Shown here: positions 47,376 through 63,375 of the stretch, piece after piece
Numbering within the stretch: the stretch's first letter is position 1
How the letters are laid out: the number at the start of each line of letters is the position of its first letter
Origin: the human T2T-CHM13v2.0 reference genome, Homo sapiens
Strand: one strand, 5' to 3'
Length of the DNA stretch: 64,000 nt
NCBI RefSeq assembly: GCF_009914755.1
Contig: NC_060931.1
Notes under the pieces: generated by a model
What the model saw: the letters and a program-made list of their open reading frames with translations, nothing else
What the model was told of the DNA's origin: nothing
Database searches by the model: none
Position numbers and translations under genes: made by a program

Positions 47376-47741
47376 TTATATGGTTTGGCTTTGTGTCCCC
47401 ACCCAAATCTCATCTCGAATTGTAATCCCCAGGTGTTGAGGGAGGGACCTGGTGGGAGGTGATTGGATCATGGGGGTGATTTCCCCCATGCTGTTCTCAT
47501 GATAGTGAGTTCTCACGAGATCTGATGGTTTTATAAGAGGTTCTTCCTCTTTGCTCTCTCTCTCTCTGTCTTTCCTGCCACCTGTGAAGGAGGTCTTTGC
47601 TTCCCCTTTGCCTTCCGCCATGACTGTTTTTCTTGAGGCCTCTCTAGCCAGGTGGAACTGTGAGTCAATTAAACCTCTTTCCTTTATAAATTACCCAGTC
47701 TTGGGTGTGTCTTCATAGCAGTGTGAAAACAGACTAATACA
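47376..47741 (+). mobile_element. THE1 (THE1D-like) MaLR LTR
   Basis: tatggtttggctttgtgtccccacccaaatctcatc...gactaataca; 5-bp TSD CAGGG/CTGGG. Confidence 0.9.
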
Positions 47742-47995
47742 CTGGGTATCAAAACCTACCAAATAGGAAGATAGTTCTCAGATTGTTTTTCTAGTATTAA
47801 TCCCAGTGTTTATGTGGCTCTGGCTTCCTACAGGAAGGTAGAGGTAATGTAGTTTAAAGGGTGCTTTATCCCCTGGAGAGTGATGGGATTGGCAGTGAAA
47901 TTCACCTTAATCATATGTTGAAATCACAAGATATCTAATTTATCTATTTTCTATTTAGTTTTGTTCCCCTCATTCTAAAGTATCCCAACCCCCTT

Positions 47996-48165
47996 TAGAG
48001 CAGTGCTTCTCAAATTTTAATGTGCATATGGAGCACATGGGGATCTTATTAAAATGTGGATTCTGATTCTGTAGGTCTTAGATGAACCCCAGCACTCCGC
48101 TTTTCTAACAGGTTTCCAGGTGATGCTTGTGCTGCTAGTTGGAGGACCTCATTTCCCACTTTGAA
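47996..48165. mobile_element. MER5A-like fossil
   Basis: gcagtgcttctcaaattttaatgtgcat...gattctgattctgtaggtct. Confidence 0.7.
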
Positions 48166-48374
48166 TAACAATTAATATAATGATTAGTTGACTGGCGTAG
48201 GTATCATGCCTGAACTTCCTTGCTCAAATTTGCTCTCCCTCTGAGAACCCATGAGAACTTCCACAATCTTTTAGTTGATATCATATCCTGTCACTGTCAG
48301 TAATACTTCCATGAACTGTGTGCTTAAAATTGTCTAGCCTTGTTTATAGGGTTTTTGCAAGAAATAACCTCTGT

Positions 48375-48491
48375 AGTTGGCTGCATGTGTCTATAGTGCC
48401 AGCTACTTGAGAGGCTGAAGCAGGAGGATCGCTTGAGCCTAGGAATTCAAAGCTAGCCTGGGCAACATAGGGAGACCCCCACCCTTTAAAG

Positions 48492-48533
<42 letters not shown>
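48375..48533 (+). mobile_element. FLAM-type Alu monomer with (GA)n tail
   Basis: gaggctgaagcaggaggatcgcttgagcc...ctgggcaacatag followed by a GA microsatellite. Confidence 0.75.
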
Positions 48534-48535
<2 letters not shown>

Positions 48536-49424
48536 CCTTGGTTGTCCATTGAGGAGTCAGGCAGAGAACTAAGGAACAAAGAACCAGAGTTTCTACATTA
48601 GACAGACCTGCTGGCCCATTTATTATTAATAGCTACGTGGCTTTAACAAGTTAGGTCCCAGGGCCTCAGTTTCATTAAGAGGGATAATAGTGCTACCTTT
48701 ACTTGGTAGATTTGAAGACTAATTGAGATCAAAAATGCCAGACACATGAAAGGACCACTATAAGTGTTAGTCTCTTTCCCTGTAACTGAGTATCAAATGA
48801 GCAGGTTTCTCCCTCTGAAATGTCCCTGGGTAAAGTGGGAAATAAGTTCATCCTATAATTTGAATGAAGTAAGTCTGATTGTCTTCAAAGCAATTTATTA
48901 AACTTTTGATCTTAAAAGGTTTTGTGAATGCTTTTACAATTTCTCCATAAACATCTTAAGATGATAGTATTTTGGTATTTACATATGTATGTTCTGTTTT
49001 GTTTCTATTCTCTGCTTGTGTGATCTCATTTACCCAAAATCTTCAATTGTCACGTTAAGCCTATGATTCAGAAACCTCTGCCCCAAATTTTTCTCATCTC
49101 CAACCCCCAACACAAACCTCTTCCTCCAGCATTCCCTGTCTCAGGAAATGGTGAAATCATTTATGTAATTCCTCAAGCCAGGGAATTGTCTTCAGCTTTT
49201 TCCTTCTTTCTCCCACTGCGTCCAGTAACTCATTAGGTCTTGATGAATCTACCTCTTGATGTTTTTAATTCCATTTGCTGTTGTCTATACCAGTTGCTGC
49301 TACCTATTCAAGGCCCAAAGTTACAATCTACCTCCAAGCCAGTCTTCTCCCAGTCTACCTCCAAATCAGTCTCACACAGCATACAAGATGATCTTTTCAT
49401 AATTAAATTCTTCTGGTTAAATCT

Positions 49425-49841
49425 TGTGGAAATAAATGAAGGCTACCACAATAAACAGAGACTGTTTATTCAGCGGTTGCTATAGGGAGGGATTCAGCCA
49501 CTATCACTTTTTGGCAGAGACTCCAATGCAGTCTGGGAAGCTTTATAGTGGTAAAAAGAAAGGTGTGGGGGAGGCTTCAGGTCTACTCTAATTGTAGGTT
49601 GCTGACATGGGAAAGCTAGAGGTGGACTAGCTGGAAGTAGGGTATCCTCTGTGATTGACTTGGAAAGCATATTTGGCTTTCTCTGGTTGGTCTTAAGTTG
49701 GAAGCAGAGGGACAAAAACCGGGAAAGCTGGCAGTCATTGGCCAAATCCTGACTTTTCTGAGCCAATTGCAGCAGAGGTTGTTGGCCAGAGTTATTTTGT
49801 CACATATAGTCTGACCAGTTTTGTTTATATGTTCAGTCTCA
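49425..49841 (-). mobile_element. ERV1 LTR (MER31-like) within L2 remnants
   Basis: TG...CA; minus-strand AATAAA; gcagcagaggttg...gtttatatgttcagtctca. Confidence 0.5.
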
Positions 49842-50406
49842 AACCATTCAATGGCTTTTTAAGATCCTTGTGTTACATACAAAGCCTTCTATAAAATCCC
49901 ATGCCAGACCAATAGCTGCATGAGGTGAGGACGTTGTTATTCCCCACACCTAGCACAATTCCTGAAACAAAAAAAACCTACTAATAAATAGTTATAGAAG
50001 GAGGAAAAGTCTAGGGAAGGTAGAGGGAGAGAGAGAAATCTTTAAAAATCTGCCAAGCAGGTAAAACTAGAGTAACATGAAATGGATAATGCAAGATAAA
50101 TCTAAGAGGAATCTATGCTTTAATCTTTACTACTCTCTGTTCTTTTAAAAATTATACCTGCTCATTTGGAGAAAAAATCTGAAAATACACACAAATATTA
50201 GAAAGAAAATCCTGCAATTGGGGTGGCCCAAGTGCAGTGCTCTTTACAGCTAATTGATTACAGCTAGTTACGGATTTCTTCCTTTTCCATTCCCACTGCT
50301 TCCCTTGATTAGCCTTAAAAAAAAAAATCCTGCATTGACATTTCATTCCAATATCCTTGTCTAACCTTCTAAACAAATATTTCAGAAAACCAGAAAAGAA
50401 AAACCC

Positions 50407-50407
<1 letters not shown>

Positions 50408-50442
<35 letters not shown>
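50408..50442. repeat. (TG)n microsatellite
   Basis: Seen directly. Confidence 0.95.
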
Positions 50443-50443
<1 letters not shown>

Positions 50444-50681
50444 ATGCGCGTATAAAATCTGAGAGTGTAGGAGGAAAAGAGAAAAGACAGCTGAGGTAGT
50501 GGTGGATATCACTGCCAGATCCCCAAATCTTAAAAGGCAGAAGTCTATTTACCAAAATTTTTTGTAACAGTAAATTTAACTATTTAACAGTAATATTTAA
50601 CAATTTTTAATGGTAACATAAGACCAGGTATAGATTAGTATTTAGTAAATCCTTTTTAAAATTATTTTAAAAAGTAAAAAT

Positions 50682-50985
50682 GGCTGGGCATGTTGGCTCA
50701 TGCCTGTAATTTCAAAACTTTGGGAGGCTGAGACTGGCAGATTGCTTGAGCCCAGGCATTCCAGAACAGCCTGGGCAACATGGCGACACTCTATCTCTAC
50801 AAAAACTACAAAAATTAGCAAAGTATGGGGTGGTGTGCCTCTGTAGTCCCAGCTGCTCAGGAGGCTGAGGTGGAAAGATTACCTGAGCCTAGGGAGGTTG
50901 AGGTAAGCAGTGAGCCGTGATTGCACCACTGCACTCCAGCCTGAGCAACAGAGTAAGACTCTATGTCAAAAATAAATAAAAATAA
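50682..50985 (+). mobile_element. AluJ
   Basis: Two-arm Alu with (AAAT)n tail. Confidence 0.9.
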
Positions 50986-51566
50986 ATATAATTTTGAGTA
51001 AATGAGCTCATTCAGATACTTACTCCACAGACTTAAAGTTAGCATGTTTCATTACAAATTGTTTTTGATGCCATGACATCTCAGTTAGGATTAATTTCTA
51101 AAAATTGTTTTTGAAAGAAATTTCTTGAGATCAGAATATATGAATTTGTAATTTTTAAAGGCAAGGAAATACTAAAACTAAGACAATGAATAATGATTAT
51201 GTAGAAGTATGGAAAAGTATGTATTGCAGATTTAAAACTCAGAAGCTGCCATGGTATTAACTAACACTAAGTGAAATTGTGTAAAATACTTATGCATGTA
51301 AGGAAAAACAAAATATATAAAAATAAAAATAGATGCATTTACTACATGATAGGAATAAGTAGGATTTTTTCGCTTTTGTTTGTATCATCATTACATCACC
51401 TTTTCAAACATTTATTTTAAAGTAGAAGTAAGCGTGAAAGCAGGAAAGAGGATACAAAGGAAACTGGGAGAGCTTAACTCCTGTAATGGGGGTAAGCACT
51501 GTGACATAACCCTGAATTAAGATAAAATGTCAGGTAGCAAGGCATTAACCCCCAAGATAAATATAG

Positions 51567-51986
<420 letters not shown>

Positions 51987-52622
51987 TTGTTTTGCTATTG
52001 AGTTGTGTTCCTTGTATATTCTTGTTATTAATCCCTTGTCAGATGGATAGGTTGCAAATATTTTCTCCCATTTTTTGGGTTGTCTCTTCACTCTGTTAAT
52101 TGTTTTCTTTCCTGTGGGTACACTTTTTAGCTTGGTGTAATCCCGTTTGTCTATTTTTGCTTTTGTGGCCTGCACTTTTGAGGTCCTACCCAAAAAAACC
52201 TGTGCCCAGACTAGTGTCCTAAAGTGTTTCCCCAATGTTTTATTCCAGTGACTTCTTAGTTTGGGGTCTTATATTTAAGTCTTTAATCCATTTTGATTTG
52301 ATTTTTTTATTTGGTGAGACATAGGAGTCTAGTTTCATTCTTCTGCATATGTCTGTCCAGTTTTCCTGACACCATTTATTGAAGAGACTGTTCTTTCCCC
52401 ACTGTATGTTCTTGGTACCTTTGTCAAAAATGATTTGGCTGTGAATGCAGGGACTTATTTCTGGGTTCTCTGTTCTGTTTCATTAGCCTATGTGTGTGTT
52501 TTTATGCCAGTACCATGCTGTGTTGGTTACTATAGTTTTGCAGTATATTTTGAAGTCAGGTAGTGTGGTGCCTCCAGGTCTTTTCTTTTTGCTCAGGATT
52601 GCTTTGGGTGCTCGCGGTCTAC
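51987..52622 (-). mobile_element. Old L1 ORF2 fragment
   Basis: Minus [11 protein letters not shown]...[22 protein letters not shown]. Confidence 0.85.
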
Positions 52623-52714
52623 TACTTAAACTTTGGATGATAGTACCCATTTCCTTCCCCGTTTACCTATGAATAACTTTATTATAATATAGCCTCTTCT
52701 TGGTTGCATTTTCC

Positions 52715-53330
52715 AAATCTTTATTAAGCAACTAACAATATTATATGTCAGGCCCAGTGTTGGATGCCGGGAGTGCCTGAAAGCAAAAAAATTTTTGCTC
52801 TTGAGAGAACTTTGGGGCAGGGAGTGGTGGGGAACGAACATGTAGACCCTTTCAGAACAATGTGATGGGAATTTTAATGGATATAAACTTAGGGTGCTAT
52901 GAGAGCACGGCATTTTTCTAGCCTTTTTCATCCTTTGGGAAGGTAACACCTGAGCTTCGTCTTGAAGGACCTGTGGGAATTAACCAAGGAGAGGAATAGG
53001 AATGTAACAACATGAGTGACAACAGAGGAGATGTGAGAGGCATTAATGGGGAGTCATTGAATAGTTTAGACGGGTCATGTTCAGATTTCAGTTTTATTGT
53101 TCTGATGGTAGAATAGAGGATGGTGTTGAAGGGTGCAAGAGTGGAGTCGACGAGAACAGCAGGAACCCCTTGAAATTAAGTAAGAGCTAAAAACTGAATA
53201 AATCAGTAAGATGGAATGGACTCAAGAAATATTTAAGATGTAAAATCTGTAGAACTTGGAGGTTCCTGTTTTTTTAATGTGGATGACTGGAAGAATGCTG
53301 GTACTAACTGAGATAAGGGGATACCTAGTT
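52715..53330 (-). mobile_element. Degenerate L2
   Basis: tttattaagcaact...tatgtcaggcccagtgttgg; gaatgctggtactaactgagataggg-like motifs. Confidence 0.5.
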
Positions 53331-53718
53331 GAGAAAAGCAATCTCCTACCTATAGTTTAGAAGCTACTCTTACCATGTATCTGCATAGGCAAACTTAGTG
53401 TAATGTGTATACAAGATAATTTTATTTCTCAACTTATGGAAGTACTATTATTCTAAATATTTTCTTGGGCCCTTCAGGGCTGATGAAATTTTAAAACATT
53501 AAGATTATACAAAATACTAGAATTCAGGAGGGGTTTTTTACTCCAAAATCTATTTATTCCTGTGAGTTTTCATCTACTGTTCATTCTCCCCTTACTATCG
53601 TAGTGTCATAAAACATTTTTTAAGTTACCAAGGGAAAGTATCATATAAATTAGTGTGTTAGATATGACTTATTGATATAGAAGATGATCTAGAATAGTAA
53701 GAGTTGTATGTTTTTTAG

Positions 53719-53778
53719 GATGTTTTCAAGCCTATGGACCTTAATCGTGTCATCAAACTCCTCGAAGAGACTGATAAA
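53719..53778 (+). CDS. CFAP69: CFAP69 exon 2 (aa 41-60)
   Basis: TTTTTTAG|GAT acceptor; DVFKPMDLNRVIKLLEETDK; AAA|GTGAGT donor. Confidence 0.95.
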
Positions 53779-54424
53779 GTGAGTAAGCTTTGAGAGAAAA
53801 TTACTCCGCTGCATTACTTACAAACTATTTCCCTGAAAGGTAACATATATTCCTTCAAATGTAAGTCTCATTTATCTCGTTTTGTTGAAAACATTTTAAA
53901 TAGTACATATCTTATATTCAAGGACTATTTAAATTTAGTATGAATATATTTAATGAAGTGGGGAGACTGGAGGAAGAGAATAGATTTGCTTTTATGAGAT
54001 AGACAAACCCATGGTGGCTGTAACAGAAGGAATCCTAAGAGTACAGAAAGGATCATCTAGCCTCTGTTAAGTGCTTGTTACCTAGTAGGATTGGAGGACA
54101 GAAATGGTAGAAAACAGGGTACCGTGGTGTACTAATTATGAAATCAGGATAGATACACACAAACATGTACACATAGATAATTTATTTTGAGAACAATCAT
54201 ATATAAGATGTAATGGAAATTAAGTTATTTTAGACACAAGACTCAAAATTGGGAAAGCAGGCATTGAGAGAAAAGACAACAAATGTATATGCACACATGC
54301 TCATATACCACCTGATGTTATCAAGAATCGACTGAATGCCTAAAAGCCAGCACACGCTAGGAACTTATGTGGTGATTTCCAAAAAGGAATACGTATTGTT
54401 AGTAAGTAGAAAATGAGTTGACCA

Positions 54425-54835
54425 CAAATGCCCATCAATGATAGACTGGATAAAGAAAACGTGGACATATACACCATGGAATACTATGCAGCCATAAAAA
54501 AGGATGAGTTCCTGTCCTTTCCAGGGACATGGATGAAGCTGGAAACCATAATTCTCAGCAAACTAACACAGGAACAGAAATCCAAACACTGCATGTTCTC
54601 ACTGATAAGTGGGAGGTGAACAATGAGAACACATGGACACAGGGAGGGGAACGTCACATACCAGGGCCTGTCAGGGGATGGGGGACTATGGGAAGGATAG
54701 CATTAGGAGAAATACCTAATGTAGATGATGGGTTGATGGGTGCAGCAAACCACATGGCACGTGTATACCTATGTAACAAACCTTCACATTCTGCATGTGT
54801 ATCCCAGAACTTAAAGTATAAAAAAAAAAAAAAAA
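54425..54835 (+). mobile_element. Short L1PA 3' end (older L1PA7/8-like)
   Basis: ORF2 C-terminus ([14 protein letters not shown]), 3'UTR, poly(A); TSD AA(A/G)TG(A/G)GTTGACCA at 54411-24 and 54845-58. Confidence 0.9.
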
Positions 54836-55594
54836 TTTTTAAGTAAGTGGGTTGACCATAGTATAGCCTATCAAAAGAAAACAATGTCCTATGAATAGGA
54901 GGCACAAAAATTTGGTCACTGTTTTAACATTTTTTATTCTCTGCTTTTTTACATATAAAGGAGAAAAAGTGACTATTGGAATAATTTATCTTTTTCTGGC
55001 TATCATTGTTGTGAAAAGTTATTTTTTATTGTGACTATATCTACATTTCCTTAAAAAACCACAACTGCATAGAGTGCCTATTAGCTGTTTAATAAGGCTA
55101 CAGAGAAAAAGTATAGACAATATCACAGCTTTTCAGGAACATTTAAGATTAAAAGGACAGACAGAATTCAGTCATGGAAACACATCACTGTGTAGAAGTT
55201 TTACTTGCTTATTTTCATTTTTAATTGACTTAAGATGTTTGGCTTGCACAGAACACTGAGCATATTTTAGAAGTTAAAAATACAATCTCTACAGTCAGCT
55301 TTCCAAATTTGTCTTCTAACACCACCACTTTTTAGCTGTGTATTTTGGACACGTTACTTTAAAATGTTTCAGCTTGTGTTTCCTATTCTGGAAAACAGAG
55401 ATCATAGTAGTATCTTCCTAATAGGGTCATTTTGGAAATTAATGAAGTGATATGTATATATGGTACCCATGTGGTACATGACGTAGAAAAAATATTCAAT
55501 GTACTTTAGCTGTTGTTAATATTATTTCTGGAAACAATTACTGCTTTTATATTAACCTGGTTTTGATTCCCAATTTCCTAATCAAATTTAAATA

Positions 55595-56220
55595 ATAGTT
55601 TATTTTTGATACATAATGTCTGTAAATGTTTATGGGGTACTTGTGATATTTTGTTACATGCATAAAATGTGTAATGATCAAGTCAGAGTATTTAGGCTAT
55701 CTACCACCTCTAGCATTTATCATTTCTATGTGTTGGGAGCATTTCAAATCCCCTCTTCTAGCTAGTTTGAAATATACAATACATTGTTGTTGACTTTAGT
55801 CACCCTACTTTGCTAACAAATATTCACTAACACAGTCTTCCTATCTTTTGTAATTATCATTCTAGTCTATATCTCCATGAGAACAACTTTTTTAGCTTCC
55901 ACACATGAGTGAAAATGTGTGATATTTGTCTTTCTAAACATGGCTTATTTCACTTAATATCTTCTAGTTCCATCCATGCTGCTACAAATGACAGAATTTC
56001 ATTCTTTTTTATGGCTTAATAGGATTCCATTGTATATATAGACCATATTTTCTTTATCCATTCATCCATTGATGGACACTTAAGTTGATTCTGTATCTTT
56101 GCTATTGTGAGTAGTGCTGCAATAAACATGGAACTGTAGGTATCTCATTGATACACTGATTTCCTTTCCTTTGGATAAATACCCAGTAGTGAGATTGCTA
56201 GATCATACAGTCGTTCTGAT
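55595..56220 (-). mobile_element. L1MA 3' end
   Basis: Same antisense 3' motifs as the 15430 element (tatggggtac...aatgtgtaatgatc...cttctagcta). Confidence 0.8.
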
Positions 56221-56393
56221 AGTTTATTTTTACCTTCACTGTTTCAGAAAACATTTTATAACGTTTACATTATAATATAGTAATTTAAGAATTACTTGAT
56301 AATTTTAAAGTGTCTACTTTTATGTTGAAGAATTTTTTAAAATCTCAACAGATTTAAAAGCACAAAAGAACTAAAATAGGTGATCTGTTTTAG

Positions 56394-56459
56394 GATGGCT
56401 TGGAAGAAAAACAACTTAAATTTGTCAAGAAACTGGTACAGTGTTATCAGAATGGACTT
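56394..56459 (+). CDS. CFAP69: CFAP69 exon 3 (aa 61-82)
   Basis: TTTTAG|GAT acceptor; DGLEEKQLKFVKKLVQCYQNGL; donor CTT|GTATCCTTT. Confidence 0.93.
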
Positions 56460-56524
56460 GTATCCTTTACATATATATGTATGTTCATTTCATTTATTCT
56501 GAAATGAGAATTTCTTTTAGAAAA

Positions 56525-57043
56525 TGTGTTAGTTTTCCATTGCTGTTGTAACAAATTACCATAAATTTTATGGCTTAAAACAACATAAAGTTATTATCAT
56601 ACAGTTTTGGAGGTTAGAAGTCCAAAATCAGCCTCAGTGGACTAAAGTCAAGATGTTGACAGGGCTGGTTTCTCCTGAAGACTCTAGAAAGGAATCATTT
56701 CCTTGCCTTCCCCAGCTTCTGGAGGCTTCCTACATTCCTTGCCTCATGCCCTCTTCCCCCCACTGGCATCACTCTCACCTCTGCTGCTGTCGTCACATCA
56801 TCTTCTCTGTCTGACCCTCCCTTCCTCCCTCTTTCCTTTATAAGGATCCCTGTGATTACGGTGGGCCCACCTGGATAATCTAGTATAATTTTCTCATCTC
56901 AAAATTCCTAATCATATGTGAAAAGTCCCTTTGCTATGTAACATAGTTACAGGTTCCAGGAATTAGGACATAGATATCTTGGGGAAGGCCATTAATCTGT
57001 CTACCACAGAAATACTGGAGAGGCCATTATTCTGTCTACCACA
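56525..57043 (-). mobile_element. MLT1 (C/D-like) LTR with a duplicated terminus
   Basis: tgtgttagttttccattgctgttgtaacaaattacc...ctgtctaccaca; TSD GAAAA at 56520-24 and 57044-48. Confidence 0.85.
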
Positions 57044-57296
57044 GAAAATATCTAACATTTTATGTTCTTTATAAGACTGTATTTTCTATCAGATAATGTA
57101 AATAAAATTGAAGAAACAATATAACACAAGTAACTGTGGATAATGTCAGTTTTTGTCGATTCAGAAAGACAATGGATGTAGTTAGAGGGCCAAGTCAAAG
57201 TCATTATTTCTATTAATTTACATGGGCAGTTGTACCTTTGATAAGCTCTCCACCCTTGTAAAGTAATAGAAGCTCATGAGGTTGTTAGCAAGATTA

Positions 57297-57722
<426 letters not shown>

Positions 57723-57742
57723 ACTACCTTTGGATAAGAACC

Positions 57743-58085
57743 AGTTTGTTTTGTTTTGTTTTGGGGTGTTTGTTTGTTTGTTTGTTTGTTTGTTTGTTTT
57801 TGACACAGAGTCTCCATCCAGCCTTAGTTGCCCAGACTGGAGTATAGCGGGGCAGTCATAGCTCACTGCAACTTCAAACTCCTGGGCTTAAGCGATCCTC
57901 TCACCTCAGCCTCCCAAGTAGCTGGGACTACAGGAATGCACCCACCACACCCAGTTAATTCTTTATTTTTTTGTGGAGTCTCATTATGTTGTCCAGGTTG
58001 GTCTCAAATTCCTCAGCTGAAACAATCCTCTCGCCTCGGCCTCCCAAAGTGCTGGGATTACAGGTGTGAGCCACCACAGCTGGCC
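57743..58085 (-). mobile_element. AluJ
   Basis: Antisense Alu with (TTTG)n tail. Confidence 0.9.
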
Positions 58086-58277
58086 ATTTTTTTTTAACAT
58101 TTACATATATATGCTATTGTAAAATACAATAAAAGTATCCCACAAATATTAGATTGTTATAAAAGTTTTTATATGTCCACTCTCGCTTTCTGTATTCATT
58201 TTGTCACAGACTAGTAAATATACTTCCAGAACTGACAGTGGTCCATAGACCACACTTTGAATAGTATTCATCTAAAT

Positions 58278-58496
58278 CAAGCTTGTCCAACCCTCAACCT
58301 GTGGGCTGCATGCTGCCCAGGATGGCTTGGAATGCAGCCCAACACAAATTTGTAAACTCCTTACAACATTATGATTTTTTTGATAATTTTTTTTAGTTCA
58401 TCAGCTATCATTAGTGTTTGAGTATTTTATGTGTGACCCAAGACAATTCTTCTTCTTCCAGTGTGGGCCAGGGAATCCAAAAGACTGAACACCCTG
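58278..58496. mobile_element. MER30 hAT-Charlie fossil
   Basis: caagcttgtccaacc...cccaggatggctt...aaaagactgaacaccctg. Confidence 0.75.
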
Positions 58497-58542
58497 AAAA
58501 TGATCTTGAACAGTTGTCTGACTTGGTCTAAAGAAGTTATCA

Positions 58543-58864
<322 letters not shown>

Positions 58865-59355
58865 CTAATATTAGCTCATTCCAGTTCAAAACCTCTTAAG
58901 ACTTCCATTCAGGAAAATGTTTCTTATAATTTAATCTAAATCTTTTATTATGTTTTAGCCTTGGTTTTATTTGGACCTGTTCCATCTTAGGGCTTGTGTA
59001 TATCAAGCCCTATTTACTGGTAGCTGAAAATGTCTACTAGCAGGGATTTCTTTTCCTATTTTAACCTGACATCTCAACACCTCCATTTTTTTTTTCTTCA
59101 TGTTAAACCGTTGGTGGCAATTGGCTCTATTTCTAAATCCCTTTCATAGGCTGGCTATAGAAGTTGTAAAACTTAGCAAAGTTAGAGAAGTATCTTGGTC
59201 ACTTCTCTAGGAAGTTAACAGAGCTTTCTATTTCCAGTGTACCCTGCTCTCCCATCTTTTCCTAAAAGGTCCTAGAAAAAGGCTAGGAGTAATAAGATTC
59301 AACCAAGAAGTGTAAGTCACATCTACCATAATTTCTTAGCTGTAAAACAAAATAA

Positions 59356-59661
<306 letters not shown>

Positions 59662-60246
59662 CAGGATTTTTAAATAGATAAAATAAAAGATGCTTTTATC
59701 TGAATATCTAGAAAGTCCATATTTTGCTTTCATATTAGTTTCAGATAAAATCCTAACCAATTTAAGCCTTAAACACAGGAAAATGCATCTCAGTTTAATA
59801 TTAATAAAATAGTGGAGTAAAGTAATGTTTAGGTTGCTTATTCTGAGACAGCATATGTTTGTGTGGGCAGGGGTAGGGGGTGAAGATGAAGGGTATAATT
59901 GAGCCTAATCAGTAAGTTAATGTTTTCAATGTGCTATTACTCATTGCCAGTGGGAAGTTATTGATCAACTGAATCTGTGTTGTAGCAGTTGGTAATCCAA
60001 TTCTAAAGTTGTGAGAGGAAAAAAACTTTGAGTAGGCATTTACTGAGGCAAAAATGAAATGGTTTTTTTAAAAATATGGTTCTAAATTTCCTTTTTTAGA
60101 CTTCAAAATAAGAATAATTAAAACAGTATCTACCACATTTGGCAAAATAGTTGGAATTCTATAGACTTTCTTCACAGAAATACTATAAAGAATATGTTAA
60201 TAAAGATATTAATCTGAATTTTATTTCTTAACTAAAAATATTAAAG

Positions 60247-60356
60247 CCATTAAGGGATTTAGCACAGATATTTAAAATTCTGAATCTGTGTTCAGGAAAA
60301 ATAAAAAACCAGCCTCGTTTTATAGAATCTGCATATGATATCATAAAACTGTGTGG
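60247..60356 (+). CDS. CFAP69: CFAP69 exon 4 (110 nt)
   Basis: PLRDLAQIFKILNLCSGKIKNQPRFIESAYDIIKLC(G); TGG|GTAAGT donor; keeps frame with exons 3 and 5. Confidence 0.93.
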
Positions 60357-62107
60357 GTAAGTTATCTTTCTTTAACTTTATTTTGTAGTAACATGGAGTA
60401 TTTTATTATGTTTCTTATATCACAAACATACTATGCATTATAGTGTAGCAGATTGCTACAGAACTCAGAAAACTTCAGTTCATCACTTGATTCCAGCAGT
60501 TGGTATTTCAGGTAATCAGTTTGCTGTGGTCTGAGATTGCTAGCCACAAGAGATTAAATTCTAAGTATATTGAAATGCTTTCTTGTAATTAGTTACTCTG
60601 AAGTAAATGCTAAATATTAGATGTAACCAAGGAATTATAGTATTTTCAGAAAATCTTTGAGTGAACTTATGGATATGCTTATAATTTCAGTCTAGTTTTT
60701 TTCTCTGTCTTTAGAAAATTTGAGTCTCAAAGATATATTAGGTTATATATGTCATGTTTTATTTGATTTTTGAAATTTGAGTGAAGAATAAAAATCACCA
60801 ATTACATTTGATATATATTTTAAAAATGTAAGTTAGAGATAAGAATTGTAAAATTAACATGTCTTATTCTTTCTACTGTTGGTTCTCTAACAAGTTCTGG
60901 GAACTGAGTATATGGTGCTTCCTTGGTGCCACATAGTGGCTAATCTAGGTATATATTAAAATATCCATTTTTAGTTGCTAAATGTAATGTAGTAGGGAGG
61001 AATAAACCTTTTGGACAATTTTACCTTCTGAACCTTTCTACCAATTTAACTTTTTAGATAGCAATTATTTATTTTAATATACAAATAATATATAAATAAT
61101 AGAAAGGTTTAGTAGAATTATGCATACATGATAGGTTCTAACTCTCACTTTTAGATTTACTAGCAATATTTAATATGTAACCACTTAAATTTGTATTTTC
61201 TGATATCTGAATAAAATAACCAAAATAATATATTGAATGCCTATACCATGCCTTGCTTTTTAATAGACAGGGACAATGGAAAATAAATGGTTGCTCTGGT
61301 GTTTTCAAGGAACAAATTGGAAATTATTATTATATTGACATACGATTATATAATGTAAAACTTTTAAATCTCAAGGCTTTGCAAATCCTAGAATGCCAAG
61401 TTTATAAGAATTGCTTTCAACATCTATGCTCCTACAGAGCTCTGCACAAAGTTCATTGTCTATGAAAACTTGTGACTGAATGTTTAATTGTATAATATGA
61501 TAAATCCTTTTTAGCTGCAGTCTTCATTTTCCCTCATATTTCATAATTATTCACATTGTTAATTTTTTCTACTTTTCTAATTTCAGCTTATGTCTAGATA
61601 ACTTCTCTATGCCTCACCCTCACTTGTTTCTCTTTTCAAGACATTTTTGGAAGATAAAAACAATAAAAATAGAATAATAATGTCAAGCCTTTCCGTTTTG
61701 GCCTCCAAGTAGTATGGTTTTCTCATGGCATTAGAAGTATAATGCTAATTTTTTCATAAACTTTTTGGTTGAAAACTCTTCTGATGCTTTATCTTATAGA
61801 TTGTGTCCTTTGCTAGAAAAGGAAAAAGTTTGGGAACAAAAAGTACTAGTTTTAGAGTCCTTCACTTTAGAGATCCAAAAAGCAGCTGGATAACAAATAT
61901 AATACATTATTTGTTTCAAATGACAAATTCTGACAAACACTAGAAATGAACTTCTGTGGCATTTATAAAATTGTCCTTTTTGTAGCTTGCTCTTCAGATA
62001 TCTTTAAATTCAAATTGGCCTGTATATTGCTATTGATACATCCTCATGTGATAGTTCTCAATACCATTTTCAACTACTTCTTTAATTTTTCTTGAAAAAT
62101 ATGAATT

Positions 62108-62471
<364 letters not shown>

Positions 62472-63067
62472 TTAAATAGTACAGGAGGTTCAAATTTTGA
62501 ACTCATGAAATGTCAAGATAGTTTATATATTTAAAAAATAACTTTTATATTTTCTTTGAAATTTAGACTGACCCAGGTTTATGTGCTGGATCTTTTATGA
62601 TTTATAAATAAGTTACTTTAAAATAACTTTGGTTATAGAAGTTGTGAAATGCGATTCTAATATAATTAATATTTGTTAACTTGAATGCCTTAATGTCTGC
62701 AAAACCATTCTGTTATTTTGTGGATAGTTACTAACCCAGCTAATAAGCAAAAATGCACTGATCTCTAAGAATGAATAAACTATCGATTTTGCCTAGAGTT
62801 TTGAAAATTTCAGGAAAAGCTCTTAACCAGTTTTTAAGTTACTGGTGAGCTTAGATCTATGGTTTGTTCCAGATTATCCAATGTCGTACTAACTTTGATA
62901 TAATTATAGCTATAGTTTATTACTATTTTGACCTCTAAGAGAAAGAGGGTTCCTAAGTTTTTTTATTCATGAAGCGACGCAAAATGGCTTTCTTAACCTA
63001 TGCCTTTTACATCCATTTCTTAATTCTTATAATTAATATAATATTTTCTTTTTGGTCAGTTCATTAG

Positions 63068-63375
<308 letters not shown>

